NCBI GenBank assembly: GCA_048772705.1
Contig: JBLWGC010000082.1
Span: 62,001 to 126,000, forward strand
Source of the DNA: Leidyana gryllorum EB-2025a
Lineage: Eukaryota; Protista; Apicomplexa
Direction of reading: 5' to 3'
Length of the DNA: 64,000 nucleotides
Shown one piece after another: positions 10,486-21,501 of this stretch (position 1 is its first letter; every line of letters starts with the position of its first letter). The notes below the pieces were generated by a model. That model was not told the DNA's origin, did no database searches, and saw only the letters and a list, made by a program, of their open reading frames with translations. The position numbers and the translations under genes are program-made.

Positions 10486-11850
10486 CTTCCAAGTCTAGAG
10501 CAGTTGAGAGAGGTAGGGGCAGATCGACAAAAAAGTCAAACCAACTGTCCACTTGGCAATGGAAGCGCAACACTCAACGTGCCAACCATTCCATTCACCG
10601 AAATGGTGTCCCAACGCGTCACCGCACACAACGTCACTACGGAGACGCGGAGAGCTCAAGAGAGGCCCCACAGAGAAGTAAGACAGAGCACAGAGATATT
10701 TGAGCTATCGAATGTACCCCAACCTTGTCTGCATGTGGACCAATGTTGATGGGTGTACAGTGAGGGTGTGATGACGTGTATGAGTAATCAAATGCGATGC
10801 GTGTTCAACGAACTTGCGGGCGCGCGCCGCGCTTCTGTGTGTGCAGACAGCACACGCAACCCTTGTGTCGCACATTGCGCTTCGAGTTGGCTTGAGAGCA
10901 TCTGGCGTTCTGGTGTTCAGCAGCTCTTGCTCAGTGACTTGAAGAGGAGACACACACACACGCACACACAACTTTGATATTGTAAATGCACACACTACAC
11001 TTGAAATGACAGTGCTCTTGCACGTGGCCCAATTGTTGGTCATTGTCAGGGGGGTTTGACACAATCAATCTATCAACTTGGAGGAAGAGTGTAGGTAATC
11101 GACCGGATGTACTGTTGTTAAATTGTGTGATACGAACGAATGTAATGATATGAATGTCTGTCTCTCTGCCTTTGACGACAGCAGATCTTCTTCCTTCTTC
11201 CCTTTTGGCGGGGTAGATGTGCATGTGTGTGTATGTCGATGGACTAGCTTTGTGGACTCGCGTCTGTTCTTATGACTGCGTTAGTAAGCGGGAAGAGATT
11301 GAGAGGCTCGGCTGTCATCGAGTCTCGCAGTCGTCACACGTGGGAGAGGTTTTGAATGAGAATCAGAAGGAAGTGATCAGGAGGAGTATAGGGTGACATG
11401 CGGCGAACAAACGGCGGCGGCAAGAGGGCTGACCACCGACACCGTTAAGTCAGTGCAACGCACGGCCAACACCGATCCGAAAAGTTGATTCGGATGGAAA
11501 AATGTCATTGTCAGGAGTGTGGGAATAGTAAATTGAGCGGCGAATGAGAAGTAGAAAGAGCAGTGTGAACGGAAGATGAGCATAAGCGGGAATCGCGTAC
11601 GAAAGCCAGAGACAAAAAGGCGACAGAGAATCGCTCTCAGTCCCACAAAGATTCAGTAAGGGGCCGCCAAGCGCTCACAAGATACAACAGGCAGAAAGCG
11701 ATCAGATGTTGTAGTATTGGTACACAAGAGCGTACTATATCAGATTGTTAAGTGTCGATTCGATCGATTATGTATAGAGAAAGAAATAAGAACTCGCGCG
11801 GGATTTGAATGCAAGAAACAAAGAGCGTATGTGTGAGGCGAGTATCCGAG

Positions 11851-11890
11851 GGAGTGAGTGAGTGAATGAATGAGTGAGTGAGTGAGTGAA
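11851..11890. repeat. (GAGT/GAAT)n tetranucleotide microsatellite
   Basis: gagtgagtgagtgaatgaatgagtgagtgagtgagtgaa. Confidence 0.75.
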
Positions 11891-12536
11891 TGTGTCATTT
11901 CACGCTTTAAACTAGCCCTATCCGGGCTCAACACCCCTGGCCGAGAGCGGAGCTTGTGTCATTGTCTTGAGAAATTATAATTGGAAGGAAACCGATGGCG
12001 ACTTCCAGCGCGCATCATTCCGTCCAACTCAAGTATAATCTGATCATCAAGCGTATCAAAATTGGGTTGTGTGTGTTTGGTAAGTGTGTGCAATCGATAG
12101 ATCGGTGGGTGATTTTGTCAGTTTGAGGAGCACGAGAAGCGTCAATTGCATAAATCACGCGGTGAGGGTCCACAGAAGCACCATAAAACGGCGGGCGACA
12201 CACGGAATGCAAAATGTTGTCCCCTCGTTGGCGGGGGTATGCGACTGGCCGGCCATGTAACAGTAGTCGCCCCCCATGAGGTTCACAAGAGCGTGTGAAC
12301 GCTTGAGAGAGGATATCAGAATAGCATATCAACAGCAGCAATATTAAATCGGACAATGGAAGATTTAAAGCAACTGGTATTGAGCTTACTTCGCGGTGAT
12401 GTAAAAATCGAGAACGAAAAACAGTAAGTAGTGGGCCTAATGGGCTCTCCTACGGATGGCAGCTTTGGGGCATCGCGTACTCGGAGAGGAGATTCTGCAA
12501 GAGGAGAGACAATGGAGTGTGAGGGGAGCGAGCGGA

Positions 12537-15002
12537 TTACTTGGTGATTTTAGCTGCGTAGCCGCCACCGGGTGCGATATGGACTCGCGTAACTGAATCG
12601 GACTTGATGACCTGACTGATAGTGTTGTATGCTGTTGGATTGTCAAGGTAGTGCGCGTTTGGGGTGTCATAGTAGGCAGTGGCTTGATAGTATTGTTGGT
12701 TGTCGAGAAACTGGTAGGTTAATTCGAAGTCGTAGCCGTTTGGGCCGGCAATGGCTCCTACATACCAATCGTCTGTTTGCTTGTCTTTGCGGGCAACGAC
12801 GATGTGAGAGCCAGGTTCAGCTTGCAGGTGTAAGGTACGCTCCCAGGCCACAGGTACATCTTTTATGAACTGGAATGCCCGTGATTTGTGTCGCGCGTAG
12901 TTTTCGGGTAAGTCGGCTGCCATTTGCAGTGGACTATAGAGGACAACGTAGAGAGCAAGTTGGTACGCGATAGTGGATCCGTTATGTTGATTGGAAGCGT
13001 GCAGAAGACCAGGAGCGAAGTCTATGGGTCCACCAATACCGTGTGTGAATGGCAATATGGTGGCCTGGCTGGGGTCGGGTCCGCCGTTCGTGCTAGCTGG
13101 TGTAGCGGCCAATAGATGCGGAAAGGTTCGTGACAATCCGGTGGGCTTGAGTGCGTTGTGCACGTTGAGATGAATATTATACGGGATAGCAGCCTTAAGA
13201 GCATACAAATAGTGATCAATCATATACTGTGAGAGTCTGTAGGGCGAGTTTGGACTCATGTTGGGATAGTAGTCAGTCTTGACGACTGACGATCCGTGTT
13301 TGCGCATGAATTGGTATGCTCGGTGTAGTTGGCGTTCGTAGTAGGAGACAGCAGCTGCAGGATGATGTAGCATCAGTTGAACGCCTCGCCGCGCCGCGTG
13401 CTGACTGAGAGCATCGATGTCAAAGTCAGGGTAAGGAGTCGTAAGGTCAAAGATGTCTCCGGCTGCAGGTCCGCTGCGGCCAAAGTTCTCCCATCCGACA
13501 TTCCAACCCTCCGTTAGCACTGCGTCGAAGCCATTCTCGGCTGCAAACTCAATGTACTCCCGAACGCGTTCGGTGGTTGCGCCGTGTCTTCCATGCGGGT
13601 GGACTAACGAGTAATTGGTGGACCCCAAGCGTACAAATTCGTCGGTGTAGTCCCACCGACGTTGACCAATCATCAACTCCCACCAAATGCCCACATACTT
13701 CATAGGCCGAACCCATTCCGTACTTTTAAGCGCACAGGGCTCATTCAATGCGTAGATCAGTCGACTTCCCAGAATCTCGCGAGCATCTCGAGTAATCATA
13801 ACTGTGCGCCATGGAGATTTTCCCCCTTTTCGAACAATCGCCGCTGGCGCGCCAGCAGCAACACTCGTACTTTTTATGGTCCCAGTCGTCGTTGTAGTCG
13901 CGATTGCAGCGCCGCCTGTCCCCACTCGCCCTCCGCTGGGGGTCAAGTGTGCTGCCAAAGTGTAAACGGTGGATTCCAGGTGGCTGGCAGCAGCCGAGGA
14001 GGCGAGATATGTGTTAGAACTCGTCGTCATCGTTGGCCATTGGGTGCTTCTTGGGGCGCCAAGAAGAAGGGTGCTCTTGTGTTCAGTAAAAGAAGAAGCT
14101 TTTTCATCGAGGAATCGATCACTCGAAGCGCGGACGTTCTCGTCGGCGTTGGCGTCGCGGTTGTAGTCCTCTTCGTGGTCGGAGGTGAAGTCTGGTGTAG
14201 CAGTATAGGGGTGGCGCAGTCTCGAGATCTCATCAGTGTCAGAAGTGTAGCTGTCACCACGTATTGCAGCGGCGTGGGACCCACCCGTGGGTGGGACCAC
14301 CCGCAGGTGCATTGCCGGAAAGTTAACCAATGAGGCCTCGTGGATGTTAATGTAGAGACCTCGACTCGTCTTCATTTGAATCGGGGTCTGGACGCGCGCT
14401 ACTGTGGCATCGTCATAATGATAGGGATTCGCTTCTGCTGGCGTCTTCAACCTGATTTCACTTAACGGAGACCCGTGGAACTTCTGATGGACGGCATCAT
14501 AGTCTCCGTTCGTCCACCAACCAAAGTGATCATCGAGAACACGGAACTCCGTCTTCTCGTCAGCTATCCGCGCAGAGTTCTCAAACTCATAACGGAAAGC
14601 CACACCTATGTCGTAGGCTCGGAAACGCAAACCCAGTCTCTCCTCGCTTCCCGCAGCCTCAAGTCGCACATACAACTCATTGTACTCCAAGGATATTCGT
14701 CCAGTCTCTTCTCCCAACACAGAGTCCCATTCATCCTTGGACTTGTCCAATGACGACACCGTCATTGTATCCCATTCCCACAAAGCTGAGCCCTCTGTCA
14801 TCTCAAAGCCCAAAGCACTCGTGCCAATCGCAAGTTCGTCCTCGTACCACACTTCATAACGCAAAACACTATCAGCAAACAGCCCGATTACACCCGTGAT
14901 CGATCCATCCACCGACTTAACTTCGACACGCGATCGCCAAGCCTCATCAGAGCCGAAAGCGATAGCAGTGTACACCAAGCCCCACACGCATACCCAACGC
15001 AT
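12537..15002 (-). CDS. Divergent GH97-family protein with low-complexity insertions and remodelled active site; copy 5
   Basis: 821 aa with signal peptide. FRAYDIGVAFRYEF, INIHEASLVN, SPWRTV, KYVGIWWE, TEGWNVGWE, TTPYPDFD, GGPIDFAPG, PLQMAADLPENY. Catalytic Glu motifs are replaced. Confidence 0.9.
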   Translation of the reverse strand: MRWVCVWGLVYTAIAFGSDEAWRSRVEVKSVDGSITGVIGLFADSVLRYEVWYEDELAIGTSALGFEMTEGSALWEWDTMTVSSLDKSKDEWDSVLGEETGRISLEYNELYVRLEAAGSEERLGLRFRAYDIGVAFRYEFENSARIADEKTEFRVLDDHFGWWTNGDYDAVHQKFHGSPLSEIRLKTPAEANPYHYDDATVARVQTPIQMKTSRGLYINIHEASLVNFPAMHLRVVPPTGGSHAAAIRGDSYTSDTDEISRLRHPYTATPDFTSDHEEDYNRDANADENVRASSDRFLDEKASSFTEHKSTLLLGAPRSTQWPTMTTSSNTYLASSAAASHLESTVYTLAAHLTPSGGRVGTGGAAIATTTTTGTIKSTSVAAGAPAAIVRKGGKSPWRTVMITRDAREILGSRLIYALNEPCALKSTEWVRPMKYVGIWWELMIGQRRWDYTDEFVRLGSTNYSLVHPHGRHGATTERVREYIEFAAENGFDAVLTEGWNVGWENFGRSGPAAGDIFDLTTPYPDFDIDALSQHAARRGVQLMLHHPAAAVSYYERQLHRAYQFMRKHGSSVVKTDYYPNMSPNSPYRLSQYMIDHYLYALKAAIPYNIHLNVHNALKPTGLSRTFPHLLAATPASTNGGPDPSQATILPFTHGIGGPIDFAPGLLHASNQHNGSTIAYQLALYVVLYSPLQMAADLPENYARHKSRAFQFIKDVPVAWERTLHLQAEPGSHIVVARKDKQTDDWYVGAIAGPNGYDFELTYQFLDNQQYYQATAYYDTPNAHYLDNPTAYNTISQVIKSDSVTRVHIAPGGGYAAKITK

Positions 15003-15307
15003 ATTGAATTAAACAAGCGAATAAAATACTCTCCTTCTTAGGTTATAACTGATGTCCCGTCTCAGTAGCCCCAACTAAAAACCCACCCCCACCCCCACCT
15101 GCAATCGTAAATTGGACAGAAGATACCATCTCTGCCCCAACTGGCAGCGGAAACTCACAGTGAGGGAGAAGCAGCAGGAGAGTCGCTGACAACACAGGGG
15201 GCGTCTCGGCCGCTCATATTTTCGCAGACACCTGACGAAAGGTGTCGTTCTGTAACGTGACAAAGAGAGGGGTGCGCGACGCGCGCGCACCAAAATCAAC
15301 TTTAGAG

Positions 15308-16015
15308 ATGGCTTTCGCACGTCTCCTGCCAATACGCACAGAGCTCGATGGGACGGGAGAGACAAGTGGGTCCTGCGAGATCCTGCAGCTAGTTAGAGAC
15401 ACCAACACCCTGGAAGACGAACTGGAGATCTACCACTGGGCAAAGAAGCACTCCAACCATGTCTTGTTGTCCTATAGCTTACCGGAACGACTCATCCGAA
15501 CTCTCCAGGATCGCGGTATGAAGATCGCAGTGGCTGAGAGTTGCACAGGCGGATTGCTGTCGGAGCGTTTAGTCGATATACCCGGCGCCGCCAATGTGTA
15601 CGAGGCCGGTTTCGTCACATACAGCTGTGCGGCCAAACACGAACTGCTGGGCGTCGATCAACACATCCTCGACCAACAGGGCCCATACTGTGCCGACGTG
15701 GCGTATGGGATGAGTAATGGCGCGCTCCATCGATTGGGTGCAGACATAGCGATAGGAATCACGGGTGTTTCCGGGCCTGACAGTTCAGAAGACAAGCCTC
15801 CAGGCTTTGTTCTCATAGGCATAGCTCATAAGGGGGGGGCAACGAGAGTAGCCGAGTATCAATGGAGCAATCAGAGTGGTGGCCACTCTGAGGCGCGAGG
15901 CTGGAATCGAGCAATGACAGTTTGGGTCGCAAAGCTCCTGTGTCTGGTGGTTGTGGAGTGCCCAGATCGGATCGAAGCCATTGTGGAGGCCACCGATGGG
16001 AAGGTGATCCTCTGA
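15308..16015 (+). CDS. CinA C-terminal domain protein / nicotinamide mononucleotide deamidase (PncC-like)
   Basis: IAVAESCTGGLL, GFVTYSCAAKHELLGV and AIGITGVSGP..KPPGFVLIG match the CinA/PncC pattern, with the catalytic Ser and Lys retained. ATG at 15308; intronless. Confidence 0.88.
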   Translation: MAFARLLPIRTELDGTGETSGSCEILQLVRDTNTLEDELEIYHWAKKHSNHVLLSYSLPERLIRTLQDRGMKIAVAESCTGGLLSERLVDIPGAANVYEAGFVTYSCAAKHELLGVDQHILDQQGPYCADVAYGMSNGALHRLGADIAIGITGVSGPDSSEDKPPGFVLIGIAHKGGATRVAEYQWSNQSGGHSEARGWNRAMTVWVAKLLCLVVVECPDRIEAIVEATDGKVIL

Positions 16016-16201
16016 CACTACAGCTCTCTACCTCCACTGTTGTTGCACATTTTTCTCTTCTGTGACTCCTCACTGTGACACGTCACCCGAAACGTCCCCA
16101 CTGTCGTCACACCGCCCTGATTCCCTCAGGTAGCGGGGGGTGTCAAGCAATGTAATGAGCGCACGATGACTCTGGGCTAAATCTTTTTGCGATTTTAAAG
16201 A

Positions 16202-19200
16202 ATGACTGGTGTTCTCCTGCCCCCAATCAGGACCCTTCTGGGGTTCTTGGAGGAACAAAGCGAGTCTCATGACCTTCAAGTCTTTGCTCTCCGAAACCTC
16301 AATGAAGTTGCCCACCAAGCCTGGTTCGAGATTGCCGAGAAACTGCCCGCTTTGTGAGCGACACAATGTGTCACACTTCCTTTCATCCACAATTCAGAGA
16401 ACTGAGTCTTGAGAATGGTCAAGTCAAACCGGGGTGCGCTGCTCTCACAGCCTTATTACTCTCGCAAACTCATTACCATTTGGAACAATACGGACACGCT
16501 ATGCGATATGCCCTCCGAGCGAACGAGGAGTTCCTGCGTCTTTTTGATGCCTTCTACAAGACCTCATCACCCAATACCACCAACCCACATATCAAACAAT
16601 TCGTTGACATTATTGTCGGTAAGCCGCCAAGACATCCCACTGCCTCTCACCAATCACTCTGCAGGCAAAGTCTTGGAACGTTTCATAGAGAACAGTGTGT
16701 CCGAGACCATAGACGAGCAACAAGAAGCTGTCCAGACTTTCGTCTGGCGTGTGATCGATTTGCCCCCAGTCGCGACCACCCAATGGCCCGCGATCCCTAT
16801 TGCGGCTCTCAAACCCTTGTTAGGTGTCACTCTGGATGCCTGTACTATAGATTTGACCGAAAGAGTCTTGAGATGGAGTCTGGGGACCGGATCTTTCGAG
16901 TTGGTGCGCTACGTCGTCGTTAACAATACCCTCCTGATATCCACCAAACACATACGGACTCAGGTCTTCAAGTTGGTGGCGGATCTCTACAAAGAGCAAT
17001 TCCAGCCCCTCTGTGTCTTCGCATCACCAAGTCCGGACACACAAGCGCCAGAAATCAGCGAGAGTCTCTATCAAGAGCTGCCCACTTACATTGAGGTCCT
17101 CGCCACCCTGGAGGATGTCGAGTCTGTGGCAACCATCCTGAGAGCGCTAATTGGCGTCTCGGTGGAGCGAAATAAGGTACGCTCGCAAACCAAAGACAAC
17201 GAGATTTCTCGCTGCAGGAAACCCCGTATCTCATGGCGTTGCAACTGGCATTCGACATCACAGGTCTAGGTGAGTCGCAATTGCCGCCCCTCCGCCTTTC
17301 TACTCTTCTTGCTCCCGACAGGCAACCAGTCGTTCCTCAATGATCTCAAGGGACATCACTGTTTGGTGGCGGCTGAAAGCCCTGAAGCCAAGTTGGAGAT
17401 GGGTGAACATACCGGAAAGGTGGAGGAGCCTGGTGAGGTGAAAAAGGTGGACGAGCCATCGGCTCCTGTTGCAGAGAAAGTGAGTGATCCCGAAAACGGT
17501 CAAATCTTGTGCCAGTTGAGAGCACTCAACCGCGTGTTGATGGGCAACTACGAGTATTCTATCACCCTCAAGTTTGCTCACCTCCGCAACGGCACCGATA
17601 AGGAACTTCTGGAACACATCAAGGTGAGTCAATTCAAACATTCGGGACGCAGACGGAACACTGAAATTGCTGTCTTTCCTTCTATCAGACCGGCCTCGAC
17701 AATAAACACTATGTGCTACACACGTCTCTCATCGTCGCACACGGTCTGATGCTTCGCGGCACCACCCACGACGGCTTCCTTCGGAAGAACCTGGAGTGGT
17801 TTGGCCGCTCGTTGTGTTGGGGCAAGTTCACAGCTACCGCGTCTCTGGGTGTTGTCCATCAGGTAAGAGGCTGTTTTCGCACTACCAAGCTCAACTCTTA
17901 ACCCATCGCCAGACACACACTGAAAAATCGTTCCGTGTGCTGAGCACATATCTGCCAGGCTGTACAGGTTCCTCGTCTGGGGGAGGCAGTAGCTCATCAT
18001 CGACATTCTCTGATGGCGGATCCTTGTACGCTATGGGTTTGATCCATGCGAATCGAGGCGACCCCAATGTTATTAGCTATCTGTTGGGTCAATTGAGTAT
18101 TGGAAGTGGCGTTGTTGGCGGTCAAATGGAGGGCCAAACTGCTGCAGGTAGTTCCACTGTGAATGAAATCAGTCAACACGGCGCCTCATTGGGTCTTGGA
18201 CTGGTTGCAATGGGGACACATGCCCTGCCGTTGTACGAGGCTCTGAAGAGCGTACTGTTAATGGACTCTGCGGTTTCGGGAGAAGCAGCTGCTCTCGGCA
18301 TTGGTCTGATAATGATGGGATCTGGTCGGGATGAAGTTATAGATGAGCTGTATCAATATGCAAAAGACACACGACACGAAAAGATCGTCCGCGCGTGTGC
18401 TCTGGCCATCGCGTTTGTTTGTTATGGCCGAGAGGAGTATACTGCCGAAGTGGTTCAGAAGCTTTTGGATTCTTCAGACCCGTTGATCCGTTATGGCGGT
18501 TGCTTTGCCCTGGGTCTGTCGTGGTGTGGCTCCGGTCGTGAGGCCACTCTTCGCCATCTCTTGCACCTGGCTGTATCAGATGCGTCTAATGACGTTCGTC
18601 GGGCAGCAATTCTGGCCATTTCGTACGTCGTCTGTAACCTTCCGGGGCAGACGCCACGAGTTCTCAAACTCTTGACGGACAGTTTCAATTTCCACGTTCG
18701 ATTTGCGGCCGCTCTTGCGATTGGTATAAGTTGCGCTGGAACCGCTTCCAAGGAGGCGCTGGCAGCCTTGGTGCCGGCGACTCGCGACGCTACTGACGTT
18801 GTGCGACAAGCGGCGTATATCGGGCTGGGATTGGTACTGATGGAGTGTTCCGACCAGAAGATGGAGGAAATGAGTAAAAGGGAGAAGGAAAGAGAGGCTG
18901 CAAGCCCGCTATCGACCGCGGCAACCACCAAATCAGCCACTGAGAAGAAGGAGCACACCACAGAGCGGTCACGAAAGAACGCAAAGAGCGCAGCTGAGAA
19001 CGAATTACCACTATATCCCACTCCGACCCAAGTTCGTGAGCACTTTGTTGGAGTCGCAACGGACAGGCGGGAAGATGTGATGGCCCGTGTCGGAGCTTTG
19101 ATTGGACTCGGGCTTTTGGACGCCGGTGGACGGAATGTGACAACAAGTTTCTACTCGGCCCGAGGTGTTCTGCGGAAAGAGGCTGTTGCCGGTTTCTGTT

Positions 19201-19927
19201 TGTTCAGTCAATACTGGAATTGGTACCCTCTGATGCTGAGTGTGTCGCTGGCAATGCGTCCCACTGCTCTGATCGGATTGACTGGAAATCTAAAGGCTCC
19301 CGAGAGCTTCTCTCTCTTCTGCGATGCTCCTCTCTCACACTTCACCTATCCCGAGCCTTTCCAGCCCAAGAAGAAGGAGGCGCCCACTCACTCCATCATT
19401 GCTCTCTTGTCAGCCGCCCAGAGACGCACCGGTGCTGAAGTTGTCAACGCGCAACTCGAGAAGAAGAAAGAGGCCGAGACCCCAGCGGAGGAGCCCAGCA
19501 GTGTCGAGATCATCGAGACGCCCTATCATCGTAAGTTGGCACTCGTGCGACTCTGCTGCAAGTTGCTGTTCCTACTGCAGATATCATGAATATGTGTCGG
19601 TACACAACCGACTCTGCACCCAAAGTAAAGTTACCGGCGAACAGCCGCTACGAGCCGGTCTTCCCCGATCGCATCCGTCAAGATGGCATCATGATGTTGC
19701 GCGACACTCGGTGAGCTTCCAAACGGTGACGCCTTTTGCTTATCAACTTTTCCCTTCGCAGTCCGAATGAGCCCGAGACCTATCTGGAACCCGCCGAATC
19801 CGGAGCCGAGAAGCCGCCTGCTGCCACCACCGCCACTGTGGAGCAGTCAGCAGCCGCAGCTGGCGGGACATCAGCGGCAGGCGGAGCGGAAGAAGCTTCC
19901 GTACCTGAACCTTTCGATTTGGATTAG
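16202..19927 (+). CDS. RPN2: 26S proteasome regulatory subunit RPN2/PSMD1 (multi-exon)
   Basis: N-terminus LQVFALRNLNEVAHQAWFEI; WGKFTATASLGVVH; PC repeats (QHGASLGLGLVAMGT, SDASNDVRRAA, GLLDAGGRNVT, QYWNWYPL). First intron 16354-16397 is GT-AG. Confidence 0.93.
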
Positions 19928-20122
19928 TGGCTCAGAAGATCACCCAATTCTTTTCTTTCCCTTCACCACTTGATAAATCGTAACGTATTCAACAAGCGAC
20001 ACCCACTCAAATGATGTGTGCCAATCCCGTTGTCTCTCTCTCTCTATGTGTGTGTGTGTGTGGATGGGCTCGTCAGTTTGGCAGACGGCCTGCCGACTGG
20101 CCACTCTGCCTCTCCCCGTCAT

Positions 20123-21421
20123 TCAGTTGTAATTAAGTGTCTGGTTTTTGCAGCGGAGTGCAGATTTTAGCCCTTCGGCAAACTCTGATCTACCACCAGT
20201 ATGGTACGTGCACCACAAATCGCAGTCACACTCAGCAATGGAAGAGGTCTCTCTCTTGCACGCTGTTACTCGCCAACCCTCTGCACCGGCTGGTAAAAAG
20301 CATTCGTTATGTGTCACGTTCACTTCACCCTCCAAAAGAAGGCCTATCATAGCATCTTCATTAACAAATCGTCTCTTGTCCAATCTCCGCCTTTTCAAGA
20401 TCCTTTCGGCAGCCAAGCGATTGAATAATTGTGCTGGCCCAGATGCGTAGTCGGGGAAGGTGTATAAATCCGGCAGCTCTGGCTCAGCATTCTTCGAGGA
20501 CGCATCGTGTATCACCAACATGTTGTGCCACTTGTGCCCAATCCACATCGGCTCAGTCGACGCGTTCCCAACACTATCCAACAAATTCAGAACAGTCGGC
20601 CAATTGACGGCTACGTCACTGTCTTGTTTCATCACCCACTGCACATTCTCCGGACACTCATACACAAACCATTCTAGTAACGACAACGTCTTCATCGGAA
20701 GATCATCATAAGAGTCCACATAGTCCCCCAGTACCAAATCCCGTGTCTTGTTAGACTCCTTATAGATAATGGCCGCTGGTGTACGGGTGTGGCCCAGCGG
20801 GAAAACCGCTTTCACTTTCCCCGCAGTCATCATCTCAACAAACCGCCGAGCAGCATTTCGCACAATTGACCTACCCGGTATTGTCAAAATCCCCGTCACC
20901 ACCTTCACCCCTTCCCCACAAACCACTGATGCATCCGGAATCTGAATCAATTGTGGGATGAAAGGCGATATATCAGCACGGCCCTCCCTCTCAATCCAGC
21001 TCTCCTTTGCTGTGACGGTAATTGCCCGAGCTTCTGAGACACCATCCGTCCCATTACTCTCCTCAACTCCCGTCACCACATCAAGGACTTCTGGCGGTCG
21101 GGCAGGAAGCAGTGCGTTGGGAGCACCAGACTCGCCGAGCAAGCCACTACTTTTCCGCTTCGAGTCAGAAAGATCTGTAAAGTTGGCCTTGATCGGATGC
21201 TCGGCCTCAGTAATTGCAAGGTCGGAGCGTTTCAACGCGTCAGTAGCTGCATCAGGTTTTGCTAACCCACGGAGCCCAGCAACGCTAAGGCCAGCAGTAT
21301 CAGCCAGGTGAATTGCTTCTTTGAAGATCTCATTTATGGGGCGTACAAAATGGGACACTAGACATATAACCAGAATGCCGAGTAGGAACAACAGGCAAAC
21401 ACGACGGGGGTGTATGGGCAT
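20123..21421 (-). CDS. GT31 beta-1,3-glycosyltransferase (galactosyltransferase family), type II membrane protein
   Basis: N-terminal TM helix plus stem. DYVDSYDDLPMKT, VMKQDSDV (DxD motif), FPDYASGP, EDAMIG. Confidence 0.88.
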   Translation of the reverse strand: MPIHPRRVCLLFLLGILVICLVSHFVRPINEIFKEAIHLADTAGLSVAGLRGLAKPDAATDALKRSDLAITEAEHPIKANFTDLSDSKRKSSGLLGESGAPNALLPARPPEVLDVVTGVEESNGTDGVSEARAITVTAKESWIEREGRADISPFIPQLIQIPDASVVCGEGVKVVTGILTIPGRSIVRNAARRFVEMMTAGKVKAVFPLGHTRTPAAIIYKESNKTRDLVLGDYVDSYDDLPMKTLSLLEWFVYECPENVQWVMKQDSDVAVNWPTVLNLLDSVGNASTEPMWIGHKWHNMLVIHDASSKNAEPELPDLYTFPDYASGPAQLFNRLAAERILKRRRLDKRRFVNEDAMIGLLLEGEVNVTHNECFLPAGAEGWRVTACKRETSSIAECDCDLWCTYHTGGRSEFAEGLKSALRCKNQTLNYN

Positions 21422-21501
21422 CTTGCTATGGTTGGTTAATCAATCCGTTTGGGCCATCAAAGGTCGTGACACACGCGTGTGTGCAATATCGTCAGACACT
21501 T

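Noticed and set aside
416-16015. Bacterial contaminant contig or prokaryotic polysaccharide utilisation locus
   Set aside because: No susC/susD, no obvious Shine-Dalgarno sites or terminators, microsatellite-rich spacers, and continuous with spliced eukaryotic genes. Read-level proof is still needed.
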